A stretch of 62,985 nucleotides of DNA, counting the filler, from Phoronis australis (taxonomy: Eukaryota; Animalia; Phoronida), in the NCBI GenBank assembly GCA_002633005.1. It is 6 parts of 6 records of this genome, joined end to end, with 100 filler letters (N's around TTAATTAATTAA, not from the genome) between each part and the next. Parts side by side here need not be neighbours in the genome. Positions count along the whole stretch, not along the records: positions 51,761 to 54,996 come from NMRA01003132.1; positions 55,097 to 59,771 come from NMRA01000051.1; positions 59,872 to 62,985 come from NMRA01003212.1; 3 more parts are not named here. One strand, given 5' to 3'. The notes beneath the pieces were generated by a model. It saw nothing but the letters and a program-made list of their open reading frames with translations. It was not told the DNA's origin and made no database searches. Below, in pieces: positions 52,428-62,985 of the stretch; position 1 is the first letter of the stretch; every line of letters begins with the position of its first letter. The position numbers and the translations under genes were made by a program.

Positions 52428-53084
52428 ATTAGATAACTTTCACTATAAAGACATGTTTGCTTTATCCAATCAATGGCTTTCTATTCTCAGAAAACTTGAG
52501 CTGAATATATAATTTGTAGTCTTGCTAATTAGATTGACTTTCTGGTCAGATTACTCATAATTTTCAAACTATTTGGTAAAATCTCACCCATTTTGTACAA
52601 AAATTATTGCCAAAGTTACCCTTTTTTCGTTTTTCAAGTTCTTGTAACGTTGATATGAATGACACCAACTTTGCAAAATATTGTCTGGTGGTAGCTGTGG
52701 TGCAGAACTTGGATATTATAAAACATTAATTTTATGGTTCATCGTGTTTTATGAAAATATGAGATAATGAAGTGTCACTTTCCCACTGTATTGTGTCTTA
52801 ATTTGGTGGAATTGGACCGTACTTGCATGCTCATCCATGTTCATTCGAGGTCACTGAATTTTCATGCTTATTAGTTACTTATTTTTAGGTAATTTATTCT
52901 AATTAAACTATAATAATTCAGTTATAATATGTGCTGGAAAATTTGTTACATCAGCTCCTTTTGAATCAAGTGAAGACAACAAGGGTGTTGTTGAATGTAG
53001 AATTGTGTCGTTTACTGACACAGTAATCGTGATGCATTCATTTGAATGCTGCTGATAGCATCTCGAGTTATTCATCACATCTTT

Positions 53085-53472
53085 AGTGCCTTTAACACTT
53101 CAAAAGTTGACACGGATCACCTGACACGGAACTAGTTGTTCCAGTGTGTAAACGGGACTGACACGAAGCAAATTGACACCGCGGTGACAAATTTTGCACC
53201 CGAACATCTTGCTCCGTGTCAATTATATGTCTAAACGCGAAACTAGGGCAAGGCGGAAAGGGTCATCTCTACTGTGCTTGCCTAATGACCTACGCATGGG
53301 TTCTTTGTCTCTGCAACTCTAGTCATTTGTAAACCTGCGCATGTGCGATCCAGTCTCTCCAGCCTGCAATTTCCGTCTTGCCACAGTGAGTTGTGTGTGT
53401 AAACGGCCGCTTGACACGGGTCAATTTGCTCCGTGTGAGTTGCGTAGGGCCAAAAGTTGATGTCTAAATGGG
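53085..53472. mobile_element. Probable Harbinger-like MITE with internal tgacacgg/ccgtgtca motifs
   Basis: Multiple direct and inverted tgacacgg..gcaaattgac motifs and gtgtaaacgg repeats. Confidence 0.4.
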
Positions 53473-53540
53473 ACTTTTGTTGACTGTTAACTTGAAAACT
53501 GTTCCATGTGACAAGGAAAGTATAACTTTGTTGTGCACAG

Positions 53541-54982
53541 GCAAAGGTGGTGGAAAGAAACTGGATGAGGTCAAGGCCAGATACACAAAAGCTGAGAGCA
53601 AACTGCATGTGGCACATAACGAATACATCTTCTCTCTACGCGAGCTGGAAGAGTACCAGAAGCAGTATCTCACTGCACTCCTCCCCGGCCTACTCAATTA
53701 TCAGGAGATGCTGCAGAAATCTTACGTAGCTCAAACGTAAGTGCAGTTTATCTTCTAGTGTAATTTGGAAAAAACAAACCGTTGCAAAAAATGAATCCAT
53801 TGCAGACAGGAAAGTAGTACGAATCTTAACTTAAAATAAGTGATGAACATTTCGTCATCTCAGAAGACATGTCCAATGGTTAGTGTTTTTAGACAACCTG
53901 TAGACCGCATGAAAACTGTCTTTGGTAAAAAGTTGATTAAAGTTCTGTGCAACTCCTTGAACAGTGTAATGTTATGTATTTTCACATTAAATAACTATGT
54001 CCAATTGAAACATTTAATACCTACTCGGTGCAAGCTTATGCTAGTCTTTAGTCCAGTTTGGTGTTGTTCTTGCAGTTTTGTCTTGACATGGTTGATTGTC
54101 TTTAATTTTTCAAACTGTAACAGTTGTATATGTTTGCATCGGTTTTGGTTTGTTTGTTTTTATTGCAAATAAAACATGTCTCCTTGTCACTCATTATACC
54201 CCAGTAGGATAGACAGTGTTTCATTGATCAGGCTTGTGCTAGACTCCATTTTATAGCGTATTCTTTCATTCATTGTTCCTTTTTCAGAAAAGAAATACTC
54301 CTAGAATACGGCCAGTTGACAGACTGCTCGTCGGATCCTTTCTCTTCCATACACCGGGAGATCAGAGAAGAGTTGAAACAAATAGACCCAACGGTGGAAT
54401 ACGATTCGTTTATTGAAACTAACAGGTGGAAGTAACAACAATTTCAGATAAAGAATAACACAATTCCATTCCAAATAACACAAAGAATAACGCAATTCCA
54501 TTCCAAAAGTCTCTGAAAATGACAAAAGAAATGTCAAATAATTGCTCATGAAACTCAGGTCACTATTTTCACTTTTTGCCAGCCTGAAATTTAGAGCCGG
54601 GTACATGGATTAGGTCAAAAGTTCAGATTTTGTTATCAGAAGCTTGCGTGGCAAATCTTGCCCAAGAAACAAGTAATGTACTCCACTCGGCATTGCTAAC
54701 CTGCCATAGTTTAAATTTAAAAATGTGTTTGTAACATGTTTATCTGGTGTTGTAGAAGGCTTTAAGAGATTACAACCATCTAGGAAAGGATTGTTTAAGT
54801 GAACGTTGTCAGTGTTTGATATATTTGTACATCACAATGTAGTTTTTCTTATGTTCTAGGAGTGATCCACTGACCATTGATGATCTTGTGTTTGACGAAA
54901 ACCTTCTTGAAGATTATCATGGCAGCATTGTGGTGTCTAAGTTGTCAGTCAATGATCTTAGTAGCGATTTCCTCATTCGGAG
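53541..54982 (+). CDS. FER: FER/FES-family non-receptor tyrosine kinase, internal F-BAR/FX-region exons 53541-53736, 54288-54425, 54860-54982
   Basis: GT-AG exons with matching phases: GKGGGKKLDEVKARYTKAESKLHVAHNEYIFSL..LLP.LL..Q|KEILLEYGQLT..IHREI..IDPTVEYDSFIE|..FDENLLE..VNDLSSDFL, matching recalled FER KLH.LHNQY, IDP..EY..FI and EFD.SLLE motifs. FER versus FES orthology cannot be resolved. Confidence 0.85.
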
Positions 54983-55255
54983 GTAAGAAATCCCCCNNNN
55001 NNNNNNNNNNNNNNNNNNNNNNNNNNNNNNNNNNNNNNNNTTAATTAATTAANNNNNNNNNNNNNNNNNNNNNNNNNNNNNNNNNNNNNNNNNNNNCGGG
55101 AAGCGCTTGCCTCCTAAAACGTCACTTCCGGAAAAGCGGACGAGTAATTAATAAAATTACGAAAAGCTGTAATTAAGTGAAAAATATGTCTAGGATAACC
55201 AACCAACCTTATTTTAGCTCAAAATGACATGGAAAAAGGTTGCCTTCGCCTTTAA

Positions 55256-55330
55256 GTCGTGGTGGTGTAGTGGTTAAGCATGCGCGCTCCAATCGCTAGG
55301 AACTTGTGAGGTCGAGTCTCTAGTTTCTTG
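55256..55330 (+). mobile_element. tRNA-derived SINE head
   Basis: A box tggtgtagtggttaag and degenerate B box ggtcgagtctc. Confidence 0.5.
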
Positions 55331-56906
55331 CAGATTTCCTGTTTGACACGTTCTCCCCTTTTTTGCCTTTTTTCTTGGATAATACTTTAGGAGTCAAGGA
55401 AAATGCTTGATGTTTAGAGGAAAAAACAGAAAAATTTCCTGGGAGGGAGGGGGGCAAACCCCCTCCCGACCTCCCCCCATTCGGTACTATGCGCATCTAC
55501 AATCGTGGTTTGCGCAAATGCTTACAGCCGGACAAAATGTTGGGCCCCCCTTACGATATCCTAGATCCGCCACTTGCTTACCAGGGTCTTTGAGACACAG
55601 GCGTAATCAGAGTTAGGACATCGCAAGAAGTCCCAAACCAGTTTCAGTTTCAGTCGAACAGGGCAAAGCACCTGGAGATGGTTGGTGATGATGACGATGA
55701 TGATGGGATATACTTTTATAAGTAGGCCTACCAGAGGCGGCACAGCATACCGTGCGACTGGCCGGATAACAATGACGCGGACAAGGCTTTTTATAAGGTT
55801 CACGCCCGATAGCACAGCCTCGTTTGCGGTGACGCATGCACCGAGTTGACTTATGAGCTAATGAATACGCAATATGATTTAATTATCGTTATGTATTTTT
55901 ACAAAACGTGCCTCGTTTGCAAATCTTTTAAGCGGACGGTTTACTTGGGACAACCATATCAACAAAGTCTGTGAGACGTGTGTTTATAACATGTCCGAAC
56001 TTGGGGACGAGCCTTTCACCATCAGATTCCAATGAGCATTTTGCCAACTAATAATAGGCCTACATAAAGGGAGAGAATAGATTCATTTCTGGGGTAACGC
56101 ATTTAACCTAGGGTAGGCCATGCCCAATTTTGCCTAATTTGCAAGTCAATAGGTGTTTTGTTTGCACCCATGTGTCCGTCCCACGCCAGCTGTCACCTTT
56201 AAAGACCCACTTTAGGTACGGTCGATCCATCAGATGAAACACCTGTGACAACAACGAAGGTAACGATCGATAATGGGAAAGGAAACAGAGCGTATAATGA
56301 AAGAAAAAGAAATTTAGTGAATTGAAAAAACGGACTTGAGAGGTATGGAACACTCATAATTGAACTTTCGTTTTTTTCTATCCCGATGAAGTTCTTCCTA
56401 GCTTTCCAGATCTTCATCCCTTATCAAAGAAAACGAAAAAATGGCAAGTGCTACTGGTGAATCAACACGAATGAGTAACACAAAGAGACGGGATATGTGG
56501 CCCTGCTTGAGCTGATAGCCGCCAAATCAATTATGAATTGATGACGGGATATGTTCAAAACATTTGAACCAAATGCGTTACTAAGAATTCATTTCGCAGT
56601 CAAGGAAGACAGACCGTAAATTACGCGGTTCCATAGAAGAAACCAATTTTTGACTTTGAGCTTTTCCGCTTAAACATTGGTCTGAATTTTTTCCTTACTT
56701 CAGTATAGTTGAGAAGTTATTTTTGGTCCGATTTGCAAAAAAAAGAAAGTTCGTTATTGCCCGACCCGGGTCGTGCTCGTCTGCGATCGAATGAAAAATG
56801 GCACACGCCTTGAAGTCACCTGTCTCGAGCCGAATGACTCGGGACTGCCAGTTCCAAGCCTAAAATCACATCATGGCTTGTTGAGCTGTCTTACAACATC
56901 TCTGTG

Positions 56907-58083
56907 GCGCTTTTTATTGCCCATCTTACCAAAGATTACCTATTATACTTATTTACCTGTATTCATTTCTTGTAATTGTACTACTCATAATAAATGACCT
57001 TATATCGCCTACATCAGTCTCTTTCATCTCTGGTAACTAGCTTGCGACGCACGTATCATTTATCTATTATCCGGGACATATGTCGATCATAAATGGTACT
57101 TCACTCGTTAAATATATTTATGTGAGCATATGGACTCGCCTTAATCCTTTTCCCCCTCATCTTGGTCTATTCCGTTATCCCCTTGTGCACTGGGACTACA
57201 CGACGTTTTTCCAGCCTTCGCATTGGTCTGTTGTTATCACGTGCCTCGAGTTTGGTCAGCTCCTCGCTGGTTCCCTGCGTGCCGCTAGGTGGGGCGGTAG
57301 CCGCGCCAGCACGCAGGTATCACTTAAATTTCCTCTGTAATTTTTTTTTACACCGGCGTTTCTGATTGGCTAGTCGATTCGTCAACAGGCAGCGCTTTGC
57401 GCAAACAAACTGGCATGGCTGATGGACTGAAGTGTAAATGTGGTCTGTTGTACAGACAAACCGGTGCTTAAAATTATGTTCAGGAAATGTGAAGCCTAGA
57501 AATTGTGATTGAGCCTTTTCGGAATGCATCTTTCTACTGTCGATGACTTTTGTTTACGATAGTGTCCTTATACAGTATGAATAACACACCGTAATATGTG
57601 TTTATTGCGCATGTATGCTTCAAGCACGCGGCTATTAAACATCACTGCACAAACGAAATAGTTGCTGCGACGCCACTTGCATGACAAGGCTAAAATCATT
57701 CACAGTCTGCCATTTTTTTCATGGTGTTGTAAAGCTAACCAATGACTGCCAAGATTACATCGACCAATGCTAAAGCGCGTGCCACTGCGTGATACCTGCG
57801 TGCTGGCTGGGCTAAGCACGCAGGGAACCAGCGAGGGTCAGCTCTTGCCTCTTATAGGCTGATGATTGTCACGTGTCTTTAGGGGCGTTTTTCTTTGTTA
57901 TTGTAGCTTCGCTTTCAATTCACTTTGTTCCGGCCACATTGTCGTACGTCAAAAACTCATTCAATTTTCCCACCCTCTTCCTCCCAGTTTTCGTCATTCT
58001 CTCGTACTTCCACGTGGCCGGCGCTTTTTATTGCCCATCTTACCAGAGATTACCTATTATACTTATTTACCTGTATTCATTTT
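56907..58083 (+). repeat. Pair of ~62-bp direct repeats (56907-56968, 58020-58082)
   Basis: ggcgctttttattgcccatcttacca.agattacctattatacttatttacctgtattcattt occurs twice. Confidence 0.8.
57263..57835. mobile_element. Non-autonomous DNA transposon with 9-bp TSD (Mutator-like)
   Basis: Perfect 20-bp TIR ctcgctggttccctgcgtgc; inner inverted gccagcacgcaggtatcac; TSD ggtcagctc at 57254-62 and 57836-44. Confidence 0.85.
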
Positions 58084-58539
58084 ATGTGCTGCTGTACACT
58101 GCCCTCTTATGATGCCCTGTCGGGAATATTACGTATTGAGTCAGCAGCCGACAGTGTGTCACTGCTAATGCCTGTTTAACGATTCCAGTGGGTTTTTGAA
58201 AGTAGACCCACTCTTTTTGACGTTCAGTCAGGTATGATTTGACTCTACTGTAATCTTGTCTACTCCGAGTCCATGCCATAGTCGCCGCATTCTGAAATAC
58301 TCCTCCGATTCATCATGTTCTACTGATCTTGGTCCGACGAGAACAAACTCGGCTTACTGGTATAAATACCCTACCTATTCAGGGTTTACTATATAAACAT
58401 GTAGTTAGAGTCACAATGGATAAAGGTGAATACTTTTGATAGTTTAGTTCCATAAGAGCAACTGTTCTTGCAGTACTGCGCTGTGCACGCAGTCATTTAC
58501 GGTTTCTGCCAAAGAGCTACTCACTTCATATTTATCTCA

Positions 58540-59330
58540 TTGGTGTCTGCAATCAAGTTTTATCTATCCGTCCGTCCGTCCCTCCGTCCCTCCGTCCCTC
58601 CGTCCGTCCGTACCAATGAGATAAATAGAACCAGGAAGAGATGTTCTCTTCCTGATAGAACTGATATGTAAACTATTAGACCGGCAGCCCAGAGCACTTA
58701 GCATAGATGAACGAGGTACCAACATCTGACCACAGAAGCATTTAAAGTCCACCTCAGTATGTACAGAAATGGACGTCTGCCGTTGTCTGCACTCTGGGTG
58801 TGACCCCTGGGGGCCTTACAAACAACCCAAAAAATGAGCTAGACTAGATATTCGAGGTACCAACCAAAACTGATTTTAAACGAATAATAGTACCGCACTG
58901 AACACCGAATGACCCATGACAGACAAATTGCACTCTGGAATGGGTCCGGCAGAAACCAAAAAAGACCCCCCAAAAATGAGCTAGCACATACATTCGAGAT
59001 ACCACAAAAACAATTACATGATATTCAATACATGTCACAGGTCACTAAATGCCCTCTGACCGGCAGACAAAATACACTCTGGATTGTCCCTGGCAGAAAC
59101 CCTAAAAAATCTCAACCGCGGTTTGCCATTTTTGAGACGGTTAGATTTTCAAGGTATCGGCTTAAACTGATTTAAAACCACTCATCGTGCTGCACTGAAA
59201 ACCCAATGACCCGTGAAAGACAAATTTTACTCGGAAATAGTCTGCCAAAAACCCAGAAAGGACCTTAAAAAATGGAGGTACAATCGTTCATGCATCTTTC
59301 CCCTGCTAGTTCAAGTACTCGGGTGGAAAT
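58540..59330 (+). mobile_element. Helentron-associated (HINE/DINE-like) element: (CCGT)n microsatellite followed by internal degenerate tandem repeats
   Basis: (CCGT/CCCT)n at 58567-58611; repeated units ..gcactgaa..aatgaccc.tga.agacaaatt..actc.ggaa..gtc.g.cagaaacc..aaaaatgag at ~58890, ~59060 and ~59190. Confidence 0.45.
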
Positions 59331-59985
59331 CCAAACAACTGGACAACAAGATATTAAAAATTGCACCACGAAAATCGAAGTACACAATTGGTGACAAAAG
59401 TTGTGTATTTAATAAGTTAACTGCAAAAAGCGGGACAGCAGGAAACAAAAACTAATTATTAAAAACTTTCGTTCACTAAAGCCTGTGTTTACTCTCATGA
59501 TCACTACAAGCGAAAAGCAGACGGCTGTCAAGATGTAAGACAGTTACTCGCCTAGTTGTAACTTTTTGAAGAAGTTTTTACATGATGTCGAAATTCAGTG
59601 TAGTGTATAGTGTTTGCAATGTTTTAGTTTCGCGGAGTCATTTGTGGATGGTCGACATAATGTCTTCCGTGATAAAATACAAATCACCCCTAGTTTGGTG
59701 CGCAGCCACGTGGCGGAGTCCCAATGCTATTTAAATAAATATATAAACAACGATGTGTTTCGGTAACAAGGNNNNNNNNNNNNNNNNNNNNNNNNNNNNN
59801 NNNNNNNNNNNNNNNTTAATTAATTAANNNNNNNNNNNNNNNNNNNNNNNNNNNNNNNNNNNNNNNNNNNNAATTAGACCAGGTTTAGGAAGACCAGGTT
59901 TAAGTCTTAAACCTGGTTTTGTTAAACCACCTTTATGAAATCGGCTGAGTGTGTTTAATTTCATATGCCGGTGTGTCGTAAGAAT

Positions 59986-60077
59986 GAGATAGTATCTCGT
60001 TATAACGAGATGCTATCTCGTTGTAACGAGCTCGCATCTCGTTATAATGAGATAGTATCTTGTTATAACGAGATAGC
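59986..60077. repeat. 21-bp palindromic tandem repeat, ~4.4 copies
   Basis: gagatagtatctcgttataac units (atctcgttataacgagat palindrome). Confidence 0.8.
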
Positions 60078-60459
60078 TTGGTTGTTGTAATAAGTTAGTA
60101 TCGACGATTTCCTTTTTTCAGGTGGCCTATTGATCCGCCGTAGTAAATTGATTTAGATTTCATTTTTATTTTATTTTACTCGCATTCAAACAATGCAATT
60201 TCTCCAACCCAATGGGCTTATCTACTTGTAAAACTTTCAAACAACATGTCGTGGGAATAGACGACTTTTTGGGCCGCTCAAAAATAAATATTTCGACAAT
60301 GAGACTATGAACAGGAAAGGAAAACAAGAGAAATGAAGTCCAGTTATCAAAAACAGAAATGATTGCTCGGCATTTCTGTTGATGCCTGATATTACAAGAT
60401 AATGTCATGTTTTTCGTCTGAAAATACCATATGTGGAGATAATCTAACCGGGATAGAAT

Positions 60460-60642
60460 TTCGCAAACGCAAGAATCTCGCCCGAGGAAACTAGTGTGAT
60501 GACGTGCTTCGCTTGTAATACCAGACGACATTTCCCGATTTCTTGCTTTTCTCGTAAGAAAAAAGAAGCAAGTGCGATGAGAGCTTCGCTTGTAATACAA
60601 AGCGATATCTCGGGAGTTCTTGCTTTTCTCGCAAGAAACTAA
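60460..60642 (+). repeat. Degenerate ~78-bp tandem repeat
   Basis: cttcgcttgtaatac..ttcttgcttttctcg.aagaaa repeated. Confidence 0.65.
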
Positions 60643-61570
60643 GTCTACGGAACCCACGCCATGTTGTTGCGAAGTAACTGTAAATTGTCCTCTAAGTTTA
60701 CTTGTATACATGCGCGCACATTTAGACCCATGCACCATGCACTCGGAAAAAATAACCAGTCATCAAGATTAGAGCGTGCCGGAAACTACGAGTCAGTTAG
60801 TTGTGTTAGGTAGGTATTTGTAGGCTCAAGTTATAACTTAGAATGCAAATTGCATTTGTGCAGGTGTGGTGAAATCGTCAAGTCCATACCCCAAAAAAGA
60901 CTCCCTGAAATTTTCTATGTTTTCAAATATTTTTCAAGAGTGAAACTAAATAGCCCCGGTCTCTCCCTATTAACAGAGTGACCTCTGTATCGGACTTCAC
61001 CTTCAAGTCCTTGTGAGCGAGTAGATAGCCACCTCATTATTGACCCCAAATGACAAAATTTGGTCCACTATGATTATGGACTTTTTAATCGGCGAATTAA
61101 TTTGTCCACGCAGCATAATATCATAAAACACGATTGAAGTCTCACGGAAGACGTGACGCCTCCCTCGAGAGCTGTCGTGCCGGTGGCGCTGATGATTGAC
61201 GTATTGATGTTGGCTGAACGTGATTGGTTACTGTGAGGGCAGCCAACCTTTATGTTCAATGAAATCTCAGAAAACGACAGATTGACATCGCTCGCTCGAC
61301 TTACACGTTTGTACAACAGCAAATCGAGGAAGGTGAGTTGTGTTCTGTTACGCAGTTCAAATANNNNNNNNNNNNNNNNNNNNNNNNNNNNNNNNNNNNN
61401 NNNNNNNNNNNNNNNNNTAAATAGTTATAAAACACAAATGCATCTACGTGCTACCTGATTAAACCGAACAAGAGTGCAGTAAACATAAAATCAAAGTTAG
61501 GACGACTTTTTAAACTACGATGTGCATCTGTTTAATTTTCAAGTTGTTTCCATAATCATAAAATGTAATT

Positions 61571-61820
61571 TGATGTTTTTGTTACTCGTAGTGAAATCAT
61601 TGACGTTCGTTATACATGAATTAAGGACACCACGTTAAGTGTTGGGAATATGATGTTTTTGTTACTCGTAGTGAAATCATTGACGTTCGTTATACATGAA
61701 TTAAGGACACCACGTTAAGTGTTGGGAATATGATGTTTTTGTTACTCGTAGTGAAATCATTGACGTTCGTTATACATGAATTAAAGGACATCACGTTGAG
61801 TGTTGGGAATATGATGTTTT
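61571..61820 (+). repeat. Minisatellite, 3 x 80 bp
   Basis: tgatgtttttgttactcgtagtgaaatc..gtgttgggaata at 61571, 61651 and 61731. Confidence 0.92.
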
Positions 61821-62594
61821 CCACGCTTTTAGGAAATGTAACGAAATCAAGAAGTGAAAAATGTTAGACGACACCCAGTGTGAATCTTTTAATTGATTAT
61901 AACTAAGTTTTAAAATCTATGAATTGTTGACCTTTAAACTTTGGCATCGTGTAAGTGGACATAGACTGGCAATGGGCTCAATATAGGTAATTGGAAGGCT
62001 ACAAATTGTAGTGTTTTCGTCAAGTGTAATGTGCTGTTTAAATCTGAAAGCTTGAAACTGTTCCGTTAACAATTTATTTGCTATTATTCACAACGAAAAC
62101 TCATAGATACCAAGTAATTAGAGAATTATTGTCACGGTGATATGCAATGCCTCAAACTATCAATCATTTGCTTACGCAAGCAATCGCTTATATTGATTCA
62201 AATATAAAGCAACGCGAGTGATTTGAATCAACCGTGGAAAATTCCAGAGGTAGTCAGTCGGCCCGCTGTATGTAGAATTCCTCTGAGCTTTCTGTACTTG
62301 GAATGTTTCTTCGCCGATAAACTACGAAATGATTAATTTTGTGCGTACTAAGTTAAAGGTGTCAAATTTTCAAAAAAAAATTTTTTTAAAGAATGCATAT
62401 TGCTTAAAATCATCAATTGCCGAGCCACAAAACCATAAGTAAGTCGTAGTTTTTGTATTCGCAAATGTACTCGATGGTACAAGGAAACCAGTTAGCGTAA
62501 CCTCGGCGACACTAACTGTGTGTGATGGGTTTTTTCACGAATGCCTTGGGTAATGTTATTCTGAGTATGCGTACAGAGTTGTACATAAGTTCTG

Positions 62595-62824
62595 GGGCCT
62601 GTCCCAACAAAACTGACTTAGCTAAGACAAATCTTAAATTTTATTAAATTTTAAGATAAACTTAAATTTGTCTTCAGACCGTTTGTACAAAGAGATCTTA
62701 AGTTTGAATTAAGTTTTTAAATAAAAGTTTTGTCTTAATTTTAACTATCTTACCGGATGTGGAAGTTTCAAAGTATGGAAGTTAAGTCAAAAATCAACTT
62801 AAGTCAGTTTCTTGGAACGGGCCC
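62595..62824. mobile_element. PIF/Harbinger-type MITE
   Basis: TIR gggcctgtcccaacaaaactgactta / taagtcagtttcttggaacgggccc with CTG TSD (62592-94, 62825-27). Confidence 0.8.
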
Positions 62825-62985
62825 CTGTTCTGTTTGTTCTTTAATGCTGTACGTTTAACGGGAGCCTGGTTTTAGCATTTGAGGCTACGAACTCCATTTT
62901 CCAAAAAATGCTTTAATATGAAATTTTGATTGAAAATTGAGGTTTTTGCTTTTGGCGCACCAATATCTCAAACCGGGAGACTATT

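Noticed and set aside
60166-60738. 190-aa ORF on the minus strand
   Set aside because: Overlaps a degenerate tandem repeat, has no recognisable motif and no splice context; likely chance.
61571-61820. CRISPR-like array (also 14715-14825 and 59986-60077)
   Set aside because: Units are contiguous with no unique spacers, the context is eukaryotic and there are no cas genes.

Overview
Eukaryotic, intron-rich, AT-rich and repeat-dense DNA from an invertebrate animal (lophotrochozoan/mollusc-like repeat landscape; the taxon is an inference). It is a draft assembly: five 100-nt artificial spacers (N..TTAATTAATTAA..N) join separate contigs, and single-'n' joins carry haplotype-like duplications. Host genes built by hand from GT-AG exons: a GM2-activator/ML-domain lipid-transfer gene (+, ~2-5037), 16 coding exons of WDR36/UTP21 (-, 6653-22468, 5' exons missing), and three F-BAR-region exons of a FER/FES tyrosine kinase (+, 53541-54982). 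A TATA/Inr promoter with a short first exon lies at ~50488-50573. The rest is mostly mobile DNA: a Tx1/L1-clade LINE, a Hero-like RLE retrotransposon relic, an AcademX-like transposon interrupted by a TTAA-flanked Sola3-like element and a Harbinger MITE, many MITEs, SINE heads and tandem repeats. The most unusual element is at 24326-24721: a tRNA-derived Pol III head flanked by 149-bp inverted arms, each carrying a Penelope-type hammerhead ribozyme motif. All family assignments come from recognising motifs by eye; no database searches were run.
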